From: Mizuhopecten yessoensis
Taxonomy: Eukaryota
NCBI RefSeq assembly: GCF_002113885.1
Contig: NW_018407282.1
Coordinates: forward strand, 494,293 to 558,048
DNA length: 63,756 nt
Reading direction: 5' to 3'
In this document: piece after piece, positions 12,399-26,900 of the stretch
Layout of the letters: each line of letters begins with the position of its first letter
How positions within the stretch are numbered: the first letter of the stretch is position 1
Notes under the pieces: model-generated
Told to the model about the DNA's origin: nothing
What the model saw: the letters and a program-made list of their open reading frames with translations, nothing else
Database searches by the model: none
Position numbers and translations under genes: made by a program

Positions 12399-13826
12399 CA
12401 CGTGGCGAAGTAATTGACATTAATTCCTGTTTAAATGTATGTGGATTTATTTATTCTATCTTTTCCAAAACAAATGCATTATATTTCAGTATGAACACGT
12501 ACATACATTTATATCCCGCTGCTAGTCACGTGATATATATAAATCTCCGCCGATGCACAGTTGTATGCGTATTAACTTTAAAATTTTAATTGTGATGAAA
12601 ATACTGAAAATACAGAGGTAATGGATATCTCTTGATTTCATGTAAACCGACATCGCCCTGTGACAAATCGTACAGCACCAGCACAGGGGCATGCGAATGA
12701 GTTAAAGGATCTATACTGACAGGAACAGATTACTAATCAGCGTATCAGCACAGGGACATGAAAATTAGTTTTAAAGGACGTATGCTTTGACCAATCCTGA
12801 TGTGAAAAGATTTATATTATTCTGCCGCCCTGTGACAAATAGTCAGCATACAGTACCAGCACAGGGGCACGTGAATTAGTTAAAGGACGTATTTTTGGAC
12901 CTTTACTGACGTGAACAAATTAATATTATTCAGTCGTCCTGTGACAATTAGTCAGCACAGGGACATGCTACTTAGTTAAGTGTTTGGAACGTGTAAAGAG
13001 TGCCCTAAAACGTCTAATATTACACTATAAACATTCAGATTGGTCCGAACACACCAACTGTAGCTAATACTCAGGTCCCTGTGGGTATCAGCACCGCCAA
13101 TGTCATTTACGAAGATTTACGAAGGATATCTTGCAGAGTTTGGGATGCTAACTGGATGCACACAAAATATACGATAATTCACCCGAAATATTAGTAGAAT
13201 AAGTATACATACAATTTCTTCATACAAAAGTCTGCCGTAGATCTAAGTAGCCTAAATACTACCTTCCCCGGTACCATAAAAAACCCTTTTTATTTTTAGA
13301 TGAAACTTGAACTTTGCAACATCATAAACCTTTGTTTCTCTATATAAAGCTGAAAATAAACTGGGTTTTTTTCCCCAAACAAATGCTTAAAAAATCATTC
13401 GCATACCATGCATAAAATACTCGAAAAGATTACAAGCGTGCAAGATGTCAGTCTGACGTCAGTGGTACTAAGTGCAATATCAATCTTATGTCAGCACAAC
13501 CAAGACAAAAAATCTGAATTTTCATGTTGATCAGTATACATATATACAATTAAAACATAGCTTTAAATTGACAGAGATTTAAAAAATTAGTTTAAAGACT
13601 GGTGGAGTAAAAAAAAGTGAAATGTGAATTTTATTCATTGCAGGTAGCACGTGTCACGTGATCACACCAGACGGCTTATACCGGAAGCATGCGGTGATAA
13701 TGTTTTTCATGGCAGTTAAGGAAAGAAACATTTTAAAGATAGCCATCTAATATGGTTTTTAACCACAGATAGTATCTCTACCTACCCTCAGCCCGAACTT
13801 ATTGTTATACAGGTGTTTAACACGTG
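12399..13826. promoter_or_regulatory. CACGTG E-box cluster (candidate enhancer)
   Basis: CACGTG at 12399, 12527, 12868, 13648, 13655 and 13821, including the tandem CACGTGTCACGTG. Confidence 0.4.
12650..12980. repeat. Degenerate tandem repeat, 4 copies of a variable ~70-120-bp unit
   Basis: cagcacaggg(g/a)ca...agttaa(a)g occurs four times and cctgtgacaa three times. Confidence 0.8.
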
Positions 13827-14127
13827 TATATATATACTACAGTGATAGAGGTATTACGTCACCGTGAAAAATCGCCTCGCATTTCAAGCATACATTTTTT
13901 AAAGGATTATTTTACAGAGGAATTGCATTAATACAAACCTTTGTTATAACAAAATATTACGGACGTTTATTTAGTAACTGAATTACCAATTATTAAAATA
14001 GTATTATTTGATTAAGGATCTCTGTCCCACTGCACTGGGATGTTGTCCTATATGCAGTATAGCCTGCCCTAAACTTCCACTAAGACATACCTGTAGAACA
14101 GTTTGGTCAGGTCCTCTCCGTTGAAAA

Positions 14128-14196
14128 GGTAGCGCAATCGGATAGAGCGATAGTATTATAATCTGAAATGCAGGATTCGAATCACGGTCTAGCCCC
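14128..14196 (+). mobile_element. Decayed tRNA-derived SINE head or tRNA pseudogene
   Basis: A-box-like ggtagcgcaatcggatagagcg and B-box-like gattcgaatc at tRNA spacing; no intact cloverleaf. Confidence 0.45.
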
Positions 14197-14396
14197 TCTC
14201 AATGTTTACACTCACAACACTGTTGTTGATACTATTTTGATTATTTCATCTTTATTATTCTTCATAAAAATCCCGCAAATTGTGGTTTTCTTTTTAGAAA
14301 TGATTTATCAAAGCTATATCATGCCAGATAAAACATTTCCAATACTAAGCTGCTGTTTTTGACCGTGTTACGAGAATCCCTAAGCGACAACATTCG

Positions 14397-14465
14397 TTAA
14401 CCAGAGGTTCCGGACTAATGAGGTTTTCTTAACCAGAGGTTCCGGAAAAATGAGGTTTCAATGTA
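14397..14465. repeat. 32-bp direct duplication ending in a pogo/Tigger-like MITE terminus
   Basis: ttaaccagaggttccgga..aatgaggttt occurs twice and is followed by caatgta, similar to the cgaggttttactgta end at 56286-56300. Confidence 0.55.
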
Positions 14466-14525
14466 ATGAAATTTATTGTGTCACCTGTCCCGATAGTAAC
14501 AAATAAATGTTGACCCATAGTTTAG

Positions 14526-14658
14526 TTTAGTTTTATTCTGTTTAACGTCCTATTAACAGCAAATGTCATTTAAGGACGTGCATGCATGCGCGCGTGTGTA
14601 TAGGTGTAATTGCCTGCTTGTGATAGCGGGGGATTTCCCTCATTAGTCGCCTCTTACG
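14526..14658 (-). mobile_element. 5'-truncated Meta-domain-type SINE with 9-bp target-site duplication
   Basis: Minus strand reads cgtaagaggcgactaa (MetaSINE core motif, recalled) then the tail cacgtccttaaatgac...gttaataggacgttaaac; flanked by ATAGTTTAG at 14517-14525 and 14659-14667. Confidence 0.7.
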
Positions 14659-17600
14659 ATAGTTTAGCTCCAGTAACGCGTCTTATGCTTATTTAGAATT
14701 TTATTTTATGTAATGTGTTTAGTATAATGTGTCTTTCGTGAAATTTGTTTTTTAGTGAAATGTTTCTTTGGTGTTATAGGTCTTTGATGTCATGTGTTTT
14801 TGCGTAATAGATAATGATAAAATGTGTCTTTGTGGAGCAATGGGTGTTTGGTTTAATTTGTCTTCGTTGTAACGGGTCTTTCGTATTATTGGGGTTTGGT
14901 GTAACGAGCCTTTGGGGTAATCAATCTCAAAAATCTCAAAGTGTTGATCTTCGAGAGACCATCATCAATTGTGGAACGTGTAATAATTCGGATGGAGAGT
15001 CATTTTTTTGTAGCCATTGGTGTCAACTTATCGAAGGCATTTAGTTTCAAACATATCATTTATTTATTTTTTTAGTTTAACCAACATGTGTTACTTTTGA
15101 TAGCTGTACTTCACACGGTCCGGTTTATTAAAGAGATTCTTGCTTTTCCATATTTTTGCTTTTAAATATAAAATCAAAGAATATTTTCTCTCTTAAAACA
15201 CAATAATTATGTAATAACTCACTGTAGAAGGTCAAGAGTACGCAATGAGTTGACTACACGTGAGAAAATAATTGGAGATTTTGGTTAAAACAAGCTTAAT
15301 ACTTCAAACACCCATCCTCTTAGAGACCAGAACACGCGGGAATGTTTACACCCCATTAGGCGTCAAACAATTGGAGGGGAAGTGAAAGGAAACACACCAA
15401 CGTCATAAACCGTCAGGGTCAATTACTACAGCTAAGGGAGACAACTACGCGTGTCAGATACCTCACCTTTTCTTTTGATTGGCGACTTACAAAACAACCT
15501 GTGCTCATTGTCACTGTCGATGGTTTAACCTCGATAAACCAGATCCCAGTTGCGCTTAAATAACATTTATGATTGTGGCCCATTGTTAATTTGGAATTTT
15601 TTCCTCGTTAACTTTTTTTTTCTCCAGAATATCGATTTTTACGGATATCTAAAACATTTTTGATCAATTTCGAAATTTTATGACCTGTAACAGTGACTTT
15701 TCCGGATGAGTAAGTTCAGATTAAGGTCATTCCAATGTAAGTGTATTCTTCCTTAAACAATTACACTATGCTATCGCTGGATTTTCCGTAAAAAGTATTG
15801 ATAAGGAGAAGGTCAAGTATGTATTTTCTGATCATTTACCACCCAGTTTAAAGCTACTTACTTTTTTTTATCATGTACAGTCACGTTCATCCGAACAGAG
15901 AACCATTCTGGAAAACTTCTTTTTCGGGATTTTAATGAAAAAGATATTGCGACTTTAAAGCACTTCTTTTTCTTCAATATGCCAATTATCCGAAGATACT
16001 GATTAACGAATGGTAACGTATGATGGCATTTAATCGTCATCAGGACACAGCCTGTCATAGATGTTATATTTCCACAAACCACCACATTGGAGCCTCCGTA
16101 TAGAACGACCTGTGTACAGCGATTAATTTATCATTTTACTGTGGGCTTTTATTCTAGTTAGTGCGGGGCCTCCGTGGAAGACCACCTATTCAGTTTCTTC
16201 ACATTCTTCAAAATATCGTAAATGAAATTACAACGTAATTGATAAAGTACACGTTAAGTGTACTCTCTGCGTATTTATGACAAATTCACTTCCAAAAGAA
16301 ATTGTTCTATATCCATTTTAATACTGGAAAATGTTGTGGGTATATTTTTATATACATTATAAATATATATATACGTCATATAGAGCCTTCCAGTCTCGAT
16401 CAACGACACTTTGCTGAGTTCGTGTCAAGTTTCCAGATAAACTTTCAGAGGACTTGGCACCCTAATCATAATTAACTTACAACCGAGATTTTAATTCTTT
16501 TGAAGTTTCGTATCTATTGATACTTTCTGTATTTATTTGATGTAACGCACTATATAATACATATGTTGCACTTCAGGACAATGGCGCACCACGAATAGTC
16601 ATCTTGATAAAAAAAAATAAAAAATGCATTTCATTCCCTAATCATGATTAGAAACATATTTGAAAAAAAATAATATTTGAAATTTATCATTTTGAATTAA
16701 ATACTATATATGCATTAACTGGAGACAAAAACAAATACAATTTTTGAACCAATACAAATTGGAAGTAAATGTAAAGTTAAGCTGACAAATATGAGAAAAA
16801 TATTCTGTAAGCTGATTCTTATGGTTGAAACACTTAAGCTGTAATGCTATCGCTACGTACTACGTGTCAAAGAACGTTGACTATCGTTCATGAAGGTTTG
16901 AAAGTTGTATTTTTTTCCTCCAGATTCAGATGGCATCTTTAGCCATGTTGATTATTTCAGTGCCACACCGTAGCATTGAAAAATGGGGTATGATGGCGGA
17001 GAATTAGAAATACAGGATATATATAAAAAAAAATCGGAGAGGATGTGAGATGTTAAAAGGGACGGGCGATCTGACCAAGGAAAAAGAGATAGACAGACAG
17101 GTATAATTTGTTTCGTGTGCTTCTTTTTAAGATATTTTTTTTCTTCAAACAATCCCGGAAAATCACAGTTCAGAAGTGAGAACCTTTCCGATCTTTCAAA
17201 ATTACAAAAATAATTTCACAACTGATTTCTCTATTTTAGTATTGTTTAGAAAAGTTGCTGCTAAATAAGTTTTGCTCTGAAATTGCATATATATATATAT
17301 ATATATCGACTTGTAAAAGCTGATTTTTAATCATCATTTATATGTAGTATATGAAGCTACCACAACCAGTATTAACTTACTATGCAGTAGATTTCACGGT
17401 CCAAGCCTCTAATAAAAGGGGCGTGGCGCTGTTCTGATGTGTACGTATGGATGTTACATGCCAGTTTTGCACTTTCAGGTAAAAGTGCAGTCGACACTGT
17501 GAAAATCTCATTTGTACGTACCATAGTTCTTATCGCTTACTTGGTACAACAATACACATCAATTAATTCGTCGTGCTCATGCCTGACATGGTATATAACC

Positions 17601-17984
17601 TAGTAAAATGCATGTTTGATTATATTTAGGTCAATATGTACATATTGTGCATGCCAGGAGGTGTTTGCTAAAGGTATTCGATATTATCAACAGGTTGGCC
17701 GCCCTATAATTCAGTCTGCTTTTTTTTTTTTTTATACATGAACGAGCTATCATCTAGATAATTTTCTCAACAAACTGAAAGATATACAGGAGAAATAAAA
17801 ATAAACAAACTAATTGTGGCGAATTCTGCAGGTTTAAGATTGTTTGATTTGTTAGAAAGGAAAACAGACTGGTTCTGTTACGTTTGTTTACTTTCAACAG
17901 CACAGCTGAACTTACAGTGTGTATTTATAAATAGGTCTAGAAGAACTCCGAGAGGAAACTTTCAACAAAGGAAAAAAAAGATGA

Positions 17985-20900
17985 TCAACCGAAAATTAAC
18001 TACACTAAGCGTACTCTTAACTGACAGCTAATTACACCTACCGCCCTGTCAACCGGGAACTAATTACACCTACCGTCCTGTCAACCGGGAACTAATTACA
18101 CATATCGTCCTGTCAACCGGGAACTAATTACACATACCGTCCTGTCAACCGGGAACTAATAACACCAACCGTCATGTCACCCGGGAACTAATTACACCTA
18201 CCGTACTATCAACCGGGAACTAATTACACCTACCGTCCTATCAACCGGTAACTAATTACACATACCGTATTGTCAACCGGGAACTAGTTACACCTACCGT
18301 CCTGTCAGCCGTGAACTACATGTAATTACGCATACCGTCCTGTCAACCAGGAAACAATTACACCTACCGTAATGTCAACCGGGAAAATTCTTACACCGAC
18401 CGTTTTTTTTCAACCGGGAAACAATTACACCTACCGTCATGTCAACTGGGAACTAATTACATCTACCTTCCTGTAAACCGGGAACTAATTACACCAACCA
18501 TTCTGTCAACCAGGAAACAATTACACCTACCATCATGTCAACCAAGAACCAATTACAACAACCGTCCTGTCAACCGGGAACTAATTACGCATACCGGCCT
18601 GTCAACTAGGAACTAATTACACCGACTTTCTTGTCAACAGGGAACTAATTACAAATACCGTCCTGTCACCTGGGAACTTTTTATGTCTATCATACTGTCA
18701 ACAGGGAACTTATTACACCCTCCGTACCGTCATCCGATACTCATTTTCCTACCGTACTCTCAACAGGGAAAAATACACCTACTGTTTTGTCAATTAGAAA
18801 CTAAATACACCAATCTTACTGTCAACCGGGAACTAATTACGCCTACTGACGCTGACAATCGATACTAAATACACCAATCTTACTGTCAACCGGGAACTAA
18901 TTACGCCTACTGACGCTGACAATCGATACTAAATACACCAATCTTACTGTCACCCGGGAACTTATTACGCCTACTGCCGCTGACAACCGATACTAATTAC
19001 ACCAAACTTACTGTCAACCGGGAACTTATTACGCCTACTGCCGCTGACAACCGATACTCAATACACCAATCTTACTGTCAACCAGAAACAAATTACGCCT
19101 ACTGCCGCTGACAACCGATACTAGTTACACCAATCTTACTGTCAAACGGGAAATTATTACGCCTACTGCCGCTGACAATCGAAACTAATTACACCAATCT
19201 TACTGTCAACTGGGAACTAATTACACCAATCTTACTGTCAACCGGGAACTTATTACGCCTACTGCCGCTGACAACCGATACTAGTTACTCCAATCTTACT
19301 GTCAAACGGGAAATTATTACGCCTACTGCCGCTGACAATCGAAACTAATTACACCAATCTTACTGTCAACTGGGAACTAATTACCCCAATCTTACTGTCA
19401 ACCGGGACCTTATTCCGCCTACTGCCGCTGACAACCGATACTAAATACACCAATCTTACTGTCAACCGTGACCTAATTACGCCTACTGACGCTGACATTC
19501 GATACTAAATACACCAATCTTAATGTCAACCTGGAACTTATTACGCCTACTGCCGCTGACAACCGATACTAATTACACCAATCTTACTGTCAACCGGTAA
19601 CTTATTCAGCTACTGCCGCTGACAACCGATACTAAATACACCAATCTTACTGTCAACCAGAAACAAATTACGCCTACTGCCGCTGACAACAGATACTAAA
19701 TACACCAATCTTACGGTCAACCGGGAACTAATTACGCCTACTGGCGCTGACAACCGATACTAGTTACACCAATCTTACTGTCAACTGGGAACTAATTACA
19801 CCAATCTTACTGTCAACCGGGAACTAATTACGCCTACTGGCGCTGACAACCGATACTAGTTACACCAATCTTACTGTCAACTGGGAACTAATTACACCAA
19901 TCTTACTGTCAACCGTGACCTTATTTCGCCTACTGCCGCTGACAACCGATACTAAATACACCAATCTAACTGTCAACTGGGAACTAATTACACCAATCTT
20001 ACTGTCAAGCGGGAACTAATTACGCCTACTGCCGCTGACAATCGATACTAATTACACCAATCTTACTGTCAACCGGGAACTTATTACACCTACTGCCGCT
20101 GACAACCGATACTAAATACTCCAATCTTACTGTCAACCGGGAACTTATTACGCCTTCTGCCGCTGACAACTGATACTAAATACCCCAACCTTACTGTCAA
20201 CCAGAAACAAATTACGCCTTCTGGCGCTGACAACCGATACTAGTTACACCAATCTTACTGTCAAACGGGAACTTATTACGCCTACTGCCGCTGACAACCG
20301 ATACTAAATACACAAATCTTACTGTCAACCGGGAAATTATAACGCCTACTGCCGCTGACAATCGGTACTAAATACACCAATCTTACTGTCAACCAGGAAC
20401 TTATTACGCCTACTGTTGCTGACAATTACGCCTGCTGCGGCTGACAATCGATACTAAATACGCCAATCTTACTGTCAAACGGGAAATTATTACGCCTACT
20501 GCCGCTGGCAACCGATACTAATTTCATCAATCTTACTCTTACTGTCAACCGGGACCTAATTACGCCTACGGACGGGGACATTCGATACTAAATACACCAA
20601 CCTTACTGTCAACCGGGAACTTGTTACGCCTGCTGCCGCGGACAGTCGGTACTAAATACACCAATCTTTTAATGTCATCCGGGAACTTATTACGCCTACG
20701 GCCGCTGGCAACCGATACTAATTTCATCAATCTTCCTGTCAACCGGGAACTAGATACACCTACTGTCCTGTCAACCGGGAACTAGTTACACCTATCTTAT
20801 TGCCAACCGGGTATAAGTTACACCTCTTACTGTTAACCGGGAACTAGTTACACCTACCGGCCGGTCAACCGGGAACTAGTTACACCAATCTTATTGTCAA

Positions 20901-23900
20901 CCGGGAATAAGTTACTCCTATCCAAGATACACATTTCTTACTGTCAACCTGGAACTTGTTACACCAATCTTACTGTCAAGCGGGAACTAGTTACTCCTTC
21001 CGTCCTGTCAACCGGGAACGTGATACACCTATCTTACTGTCAACCGGAAACTAGTTAAACGTATCTTACTTTCAACCGGGCACTAGTTACACCTCTCTTA
21101 CTGTCAACCGGGAACTACTTATATCTATCTTACTGTCAACCGGGACCTAATTACGCCTACGGACGGGGACATTCGATACTAAATACACCAACCTTACTGT
21201 CAACCGGGAACTACTTATATCTATCTTACTGTCAACCGGGACCATATTCCGCCTACTCCCGCTGACAACCGATACTAAATACTCCAATCTTACTGTCAAC
21301 CGGGAACTTGTTACGCCTGCTGCCGCGGACAGTCGGTACTAAATACACCAATCTTTTAATGTCATCCGGGAACTTATTACGCCTACGGCCGCTGGCAACC
21401 GATACTAATTTCACCAATCTTACTGTCAACCGTGACCTTATTTCGCCTACTGCCGCTGACAACCGGTACTAATTACACCAATCTTACTGTCGACCGGGAA
21501 ATTATTACGCCTACTGCCACTCACAACCGGTACTAAATACACCAATCTTTTACTGTCAACCGGGAACTAGATACACCTACTGTCCTGTAAACCGGGAACA
21601 ATAAACACCTATTTTACTGTCAACAGGGAACTAGTTACACCTATCTTCCTGTCAACCGGGAACTAGATACACCTACTGTCCTGTAAACCGGGAACAATAA
21701 ACACCTATTTTACTGTCAACAGGGAACTAGTCGAACCTATATTACTGTCAACCGGGAACTAGATACACCTACTGTCCTGTCAACCGGGAACAATAAACAC
21801 CTATTTTACTGTCAACAGGGAACTAGTTACACCTATCTCACTGTTTATCGGGAACTAGCTACACCTATCTTACTGTCAACAGTGAACTAGTCAAACCTAT
21901 CTTACTGTCAACCGGAAACTAGTTAAACGTATCTTACTTTCAACCGGGCACTAGTTACACCTCTCTTACTGTCAACCGGGAACTGATTACGCCTACGGCC
22001 GCTGACAACCGATTCTAATGACACCAAACTTACTGTCAACCTGGAACTTGTTACACCAATCTTACGGTCAAGCGGGAACTAGTTACACCTACCGGCCTTT
22101 CAACCGGGAACGAGATACACATATCTTACTGTCAACCTGGAACTTGTTACACCAATCTTACGGTCAAGCGGGAACTAGTTACACCTACCATACTAATTAC
22201 ACCAATCTTATTGTCAACCGGGAATAAGTTACTCCTATCCAAGATACACATTTCTTACTGTCAACCTGGAACTAGATACACATATCTTACTGTCAACCTG
22301 GAACTTATTACGCCTACTGCCCCTGACAACCGATACTAAATACTCCAATCTTACTGTCAACCGGGACCTAATTACGCCTACTGCCGCTGTCAACCGATAC
22401 TAATTACGCCAATCGTACTGTCAACCGGGAACTTATAACGCCTACTGCCGCTGACAATCGGTACTAAATACACCAATCTTTTAATGTCATCCGGGAACTT
22501 ATTACGCCTACGGCCGCTGGCAACCGATACTAATTTCACCAATCTTACTGTCAACCGGAAACTAGTTAAACGTATCTTACTTTCAACCGGGCACTAGTTA
22601 CACCTCTCTTACTGTCAACCGGGAACTAGCTACACCTATCTTACTGTCAACCGGAAACTAGTTACACCTATCTTACTTTCAACCGGGAACTAGTTACACC
22701 TATATTATTGCCAACCGGGTATAAGTTACACCTCTTACTGTTAACCGGGAACTAGTTACACCTATCTTATTGCCAACCGGGAATAAGTTACACCAATCTT
22801 ACTGTCAAACGGGAACTTATTCCGCCTACTGCCGCTGACACCCGATACTAATTACACCAAACTTACTGTCAACCAGGAATTAATTACACCAATCTAACTG
22901 TCAACCGGGAGTTTATTACGCCGGCTGCCGCTGGCAACCGATACTAATTTCATCAATCTTACTGTATACTAATTACACCAAACTTACTGTCAACCAGACA
23001 ACCGATACTAATTACACCAAACTTACTGTCAACCGGGAATTAATTACACCAATCTAACTGTCAACCGGGAACTTATTACGCCTACTGCCGCTGACAATCG
23101 ATACTAAATACACCAATCTTACTGTCAAACGGGAACTGATTAATCTAGCGAACTCTCGACCGAGAACTTATTACAACCAAAGAATGTCAACCGTATTTCA
23201 CCAACCGTCCTGTAAACAGGTCACTGTTTACAACTACCGTACTGTCAACCGGGAACTAGTTACACCTATCTTATTGCCAACCGGGAATAAGTTACACCTT
23301 TTTTACTGTCAACCGGGAAATTGTTACACATATCTTATTGTCAATCGGGAACTAGTTACACCTACCGTCCTGTCAACCGGGAACGAGATACACATATCTT
23401 ACTGTCAACCTGGAACTAGGTACACATATCTTATTGTCAACCGGGAATAAGTTACTCCTATCTTATTGTCAACCGGGAATAGGTTACACCAATCTTACTG
23501 TCAACCGGGAACTAGTTACACCTACCGTCCTGTCAACCGGGAACGAGATACACATTTCTTACTGTCAACCTGGAACTAGATACACATATCTTACTGTCAA
23601 CCGGGAACTAGTTATATCTATCTTACTGTCAACCGGGAACTAGATACACCTACTGTCCTGTAAACCGGGAACCATAAACACCTATTTTACTGTCAACAGG
23701 GAACTAGTTACACCTATCTTACTGTCAACCGGGAACTAGTAACACCTACCGTCCTGTCAACCGGGAACTAGATACACCTATATTACTGTCAACCTGGAAC
23801 TTCTTACACTAATCTTATTGTCAACCGGGAACTAGTTACACCTATCTTATTGTCAACCGGGAATAAGTTACACCTATCTTACTGTCAACCTGGAACTTGT

Positions 23901-26900
23901 TACACCAATCTTACTGTCAAGCGGGAACTAGTTACACCTACCGTCCTGTCAACCGGGAACGAGATACACCTATCTTACTGTCAACGGGGAACTAGTTAAA
24001 CCTATCTTACTGTCAACCGGAAATTAAATACACCTACTGTCCTGTCAACCGGGAACTAGATACACCTATCTTACTGTCAACAGGGAACTTGATACGCCTA
24101 TCTTACTGTCAACCGGGAACTAGATACACCTACCGTCCTGTCAACCGGGAACTAGTTACACCTATGTTACTGTCAACCGGAAACTAGTTACACCTACCGT
24201 CCTGTCAACCGGGAACTAGTTACACCTATGTTACTGTCAACCGGAAACTAGTTACACCTACCGTCCTGTCAACCGGGAACTAGTTACACCTATCATACTG
24301 TCAACCGGAAACTAGTTACACCTACCGTCCTGTCAACCGGGAACTAGTTACACCTATCCTATTGTCAACCGGGAACTAGTTATACCTACCGCCCTGTCAA
24401 CCGGGAACTAGTTACACCTATCTTACTGTCAACGGTGAAATAGATACACCTACCGTCCTGTCAACCGGGAACTTATTACACCTACTGCTGCTAACAACCG
24501 ATACTAAATAGACCAATCTTACTGTCAACTGGGAACTAATAACTCCAATCTTACTGTCAACCGGGACCATATTCCGCCTACTGCCGCTGACAACCGATAC
24601 TAAATACACCAATCTTACTGTCAACCGGGACCTAATTACGCCTACTGACGCTGACATTCGATACTAAATACACCAATCTTACTGTCAACAGGGAACTTAT
24701 TACGCCTACTGCCGCTGACAACTGATGCTAATTACACCAATCTTACTGTCAACCGGGAACTTGTTACGCCTGCTGCCGCTGACAGTCGGTACTAAATACA
24801 CCAATCTTACTGTCGACCGGGAACTTATTACGCCTACTGTTGCTGACAATCGATACTAATTACACCAATCTTACTGTCAACCGGGAACTTGTTACGCCTG
24901 CTGCCGCTGACAATCGGTACTAAATACACCAATCTTACTGTCAACCGGGAACTTATTACGCCTACTGTTGCTGACAATCGATACTAAATACACAAATCTT
25001 ACTGTCAACCGGGAACTTATTACGCCTACTGCCGCTGACAACCGATACTCATTACACCAAACTTACTGTCAACCGGGAATTAATTACACCAATCTTACCG
25101 TCAACCGGGACCTTATTACGCCTACTGCCGCTGGCAACCGATACTAATATCACCAATCTTACTGTCAACGGGACCTTATTACGCCTACTGTCGCTGACAA
25201 CCGATACTAAATGCACCAATCTTACTGTCAACCGGGAACTTATAACGCCTACTGCCGCTGACGATCGATACTAAATACACAAATTTTACTGTCAACCGGG
25301 AACTTATTACGCCTACTGCCGCTGACAATCGATACTAAATATACCAATCTTACTGTCAACCGGGAACTTATAACGCCTACTGCCGCTGAAAACCGATACT
25401 AAATACACAAATCTTACTGTCAACCGGGAACTTATTACGCCTACTGCCACTGATTAATCCAGCGAACTCACGACCGGGAACTTATTACAACCAAAGAATG
25501 TCAACCGGAAACGTATTTCACCAACCGTCCTGTAAACATGTCACTGTTAACAACTACGTACTGTCAACCGAGGACTAGTTACACCTATCTTATTGCCAAT
25601 CGGGAATAAGTTACACTTATCTTACTGTCAACCTGGAACTTGTTACACATATCTTATTGTCAATCGGGAACTAGTTACACCTACCGTCCTGTCAACCGGG
25701 AACGAGATACACATATCTTACTGTCAACCGGGAACTAGGTACACATATCTTATTGTCAACCGGGAATAAGTTACTCCTATCTTATTGTCAATCGGGAATA
25801 AGTTACACCAATCTTACTGTCAACCGGGAACTAGTTACACCTACCGTCCTGTCAAACGGGAACGAGATACACATTTCTTACTGTCAACCTGGAACTAGAT
25901 ACACCTATCTTACTTTCAACCGGGAACTAGTAACACCAATCTTATTGTCAATCGGGAACTAGTTACACCTATCTTATTGTCAACCGGGAACTAGTAACAC
26001 CTACCGTCCTGTCAACCGGGAACTAGATACACCTATATTACTGTCAACCTGGAACTTCTTACACTAATCTTATTGTCAACCGGGAACTAGTTACACCTAT
26101 CTTATTGTCAACCGTGAATAAGTTACACCTATCTGACTTTCAACCTGGAACTTGTTACACCAATCTTACTGTCAATCGGGAACTAGTTACACCTATCTTA
26201 CTGTCAAGCGGGAACTAGTTACACCTACCGTCCTGTCAACCGGGAACGAGATACACCTATCTTACTGTCAACGGGGAACTAGTTAAACCTATCTTACTGT
26301 CAACCGGGAATTAAATACACCTACTGTCCTGTCAACCGGGAACTAGATACACCTATCTTACTGTCAACAGGGAACTAGATACACCTATCTTACTGTCAAC
26401 CGGGAACTAGATACAACTACCGTCCTGTCAACCGGGAACTAGTTACACCTATCCTATTGTCAACCGGGAACTAGTTATACCTACCGTCCTGTCAACCGGG
26501 AACTAGTTACACCTATCTCACTGTTTATCGGGAACTAGCTACACCTATCTTACTATCAACAGGGAACTAGTCAAACCTATCTTACTGTCAACCGGGAACT
26601 AGTTACACCTACCGTCCTGTCAACCAGGAACTAGTTACACCTATCTTACTGTCAACCGGAAACTAGTTACACCTATCTTACTGTCAAGCGGGAACTAGTT
26701 ACACCTACCGTCCTGTCAACCGGGAACGAGATACACCTATCTTACTGTCAACGGGGAACTAGTTAAACCTATCTTACTGTCAACCGGGAATTAAATACAC
26801 CTACTGTCCTGTCAACCGGGAACTAGATACACCTATCTTACTGTCAACAGGGAACTAGATACACCTATCTTACTGTCAACCGGGAACTAGATACAACTAC

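Noticed and set aside
18683-25962. Short ORFs with repeated TVNREL / YCQPG peptides
   Set aside because: Translations of the 32-bp satellite; the unit is not a multiple of 3 and all frames are broken by stops.
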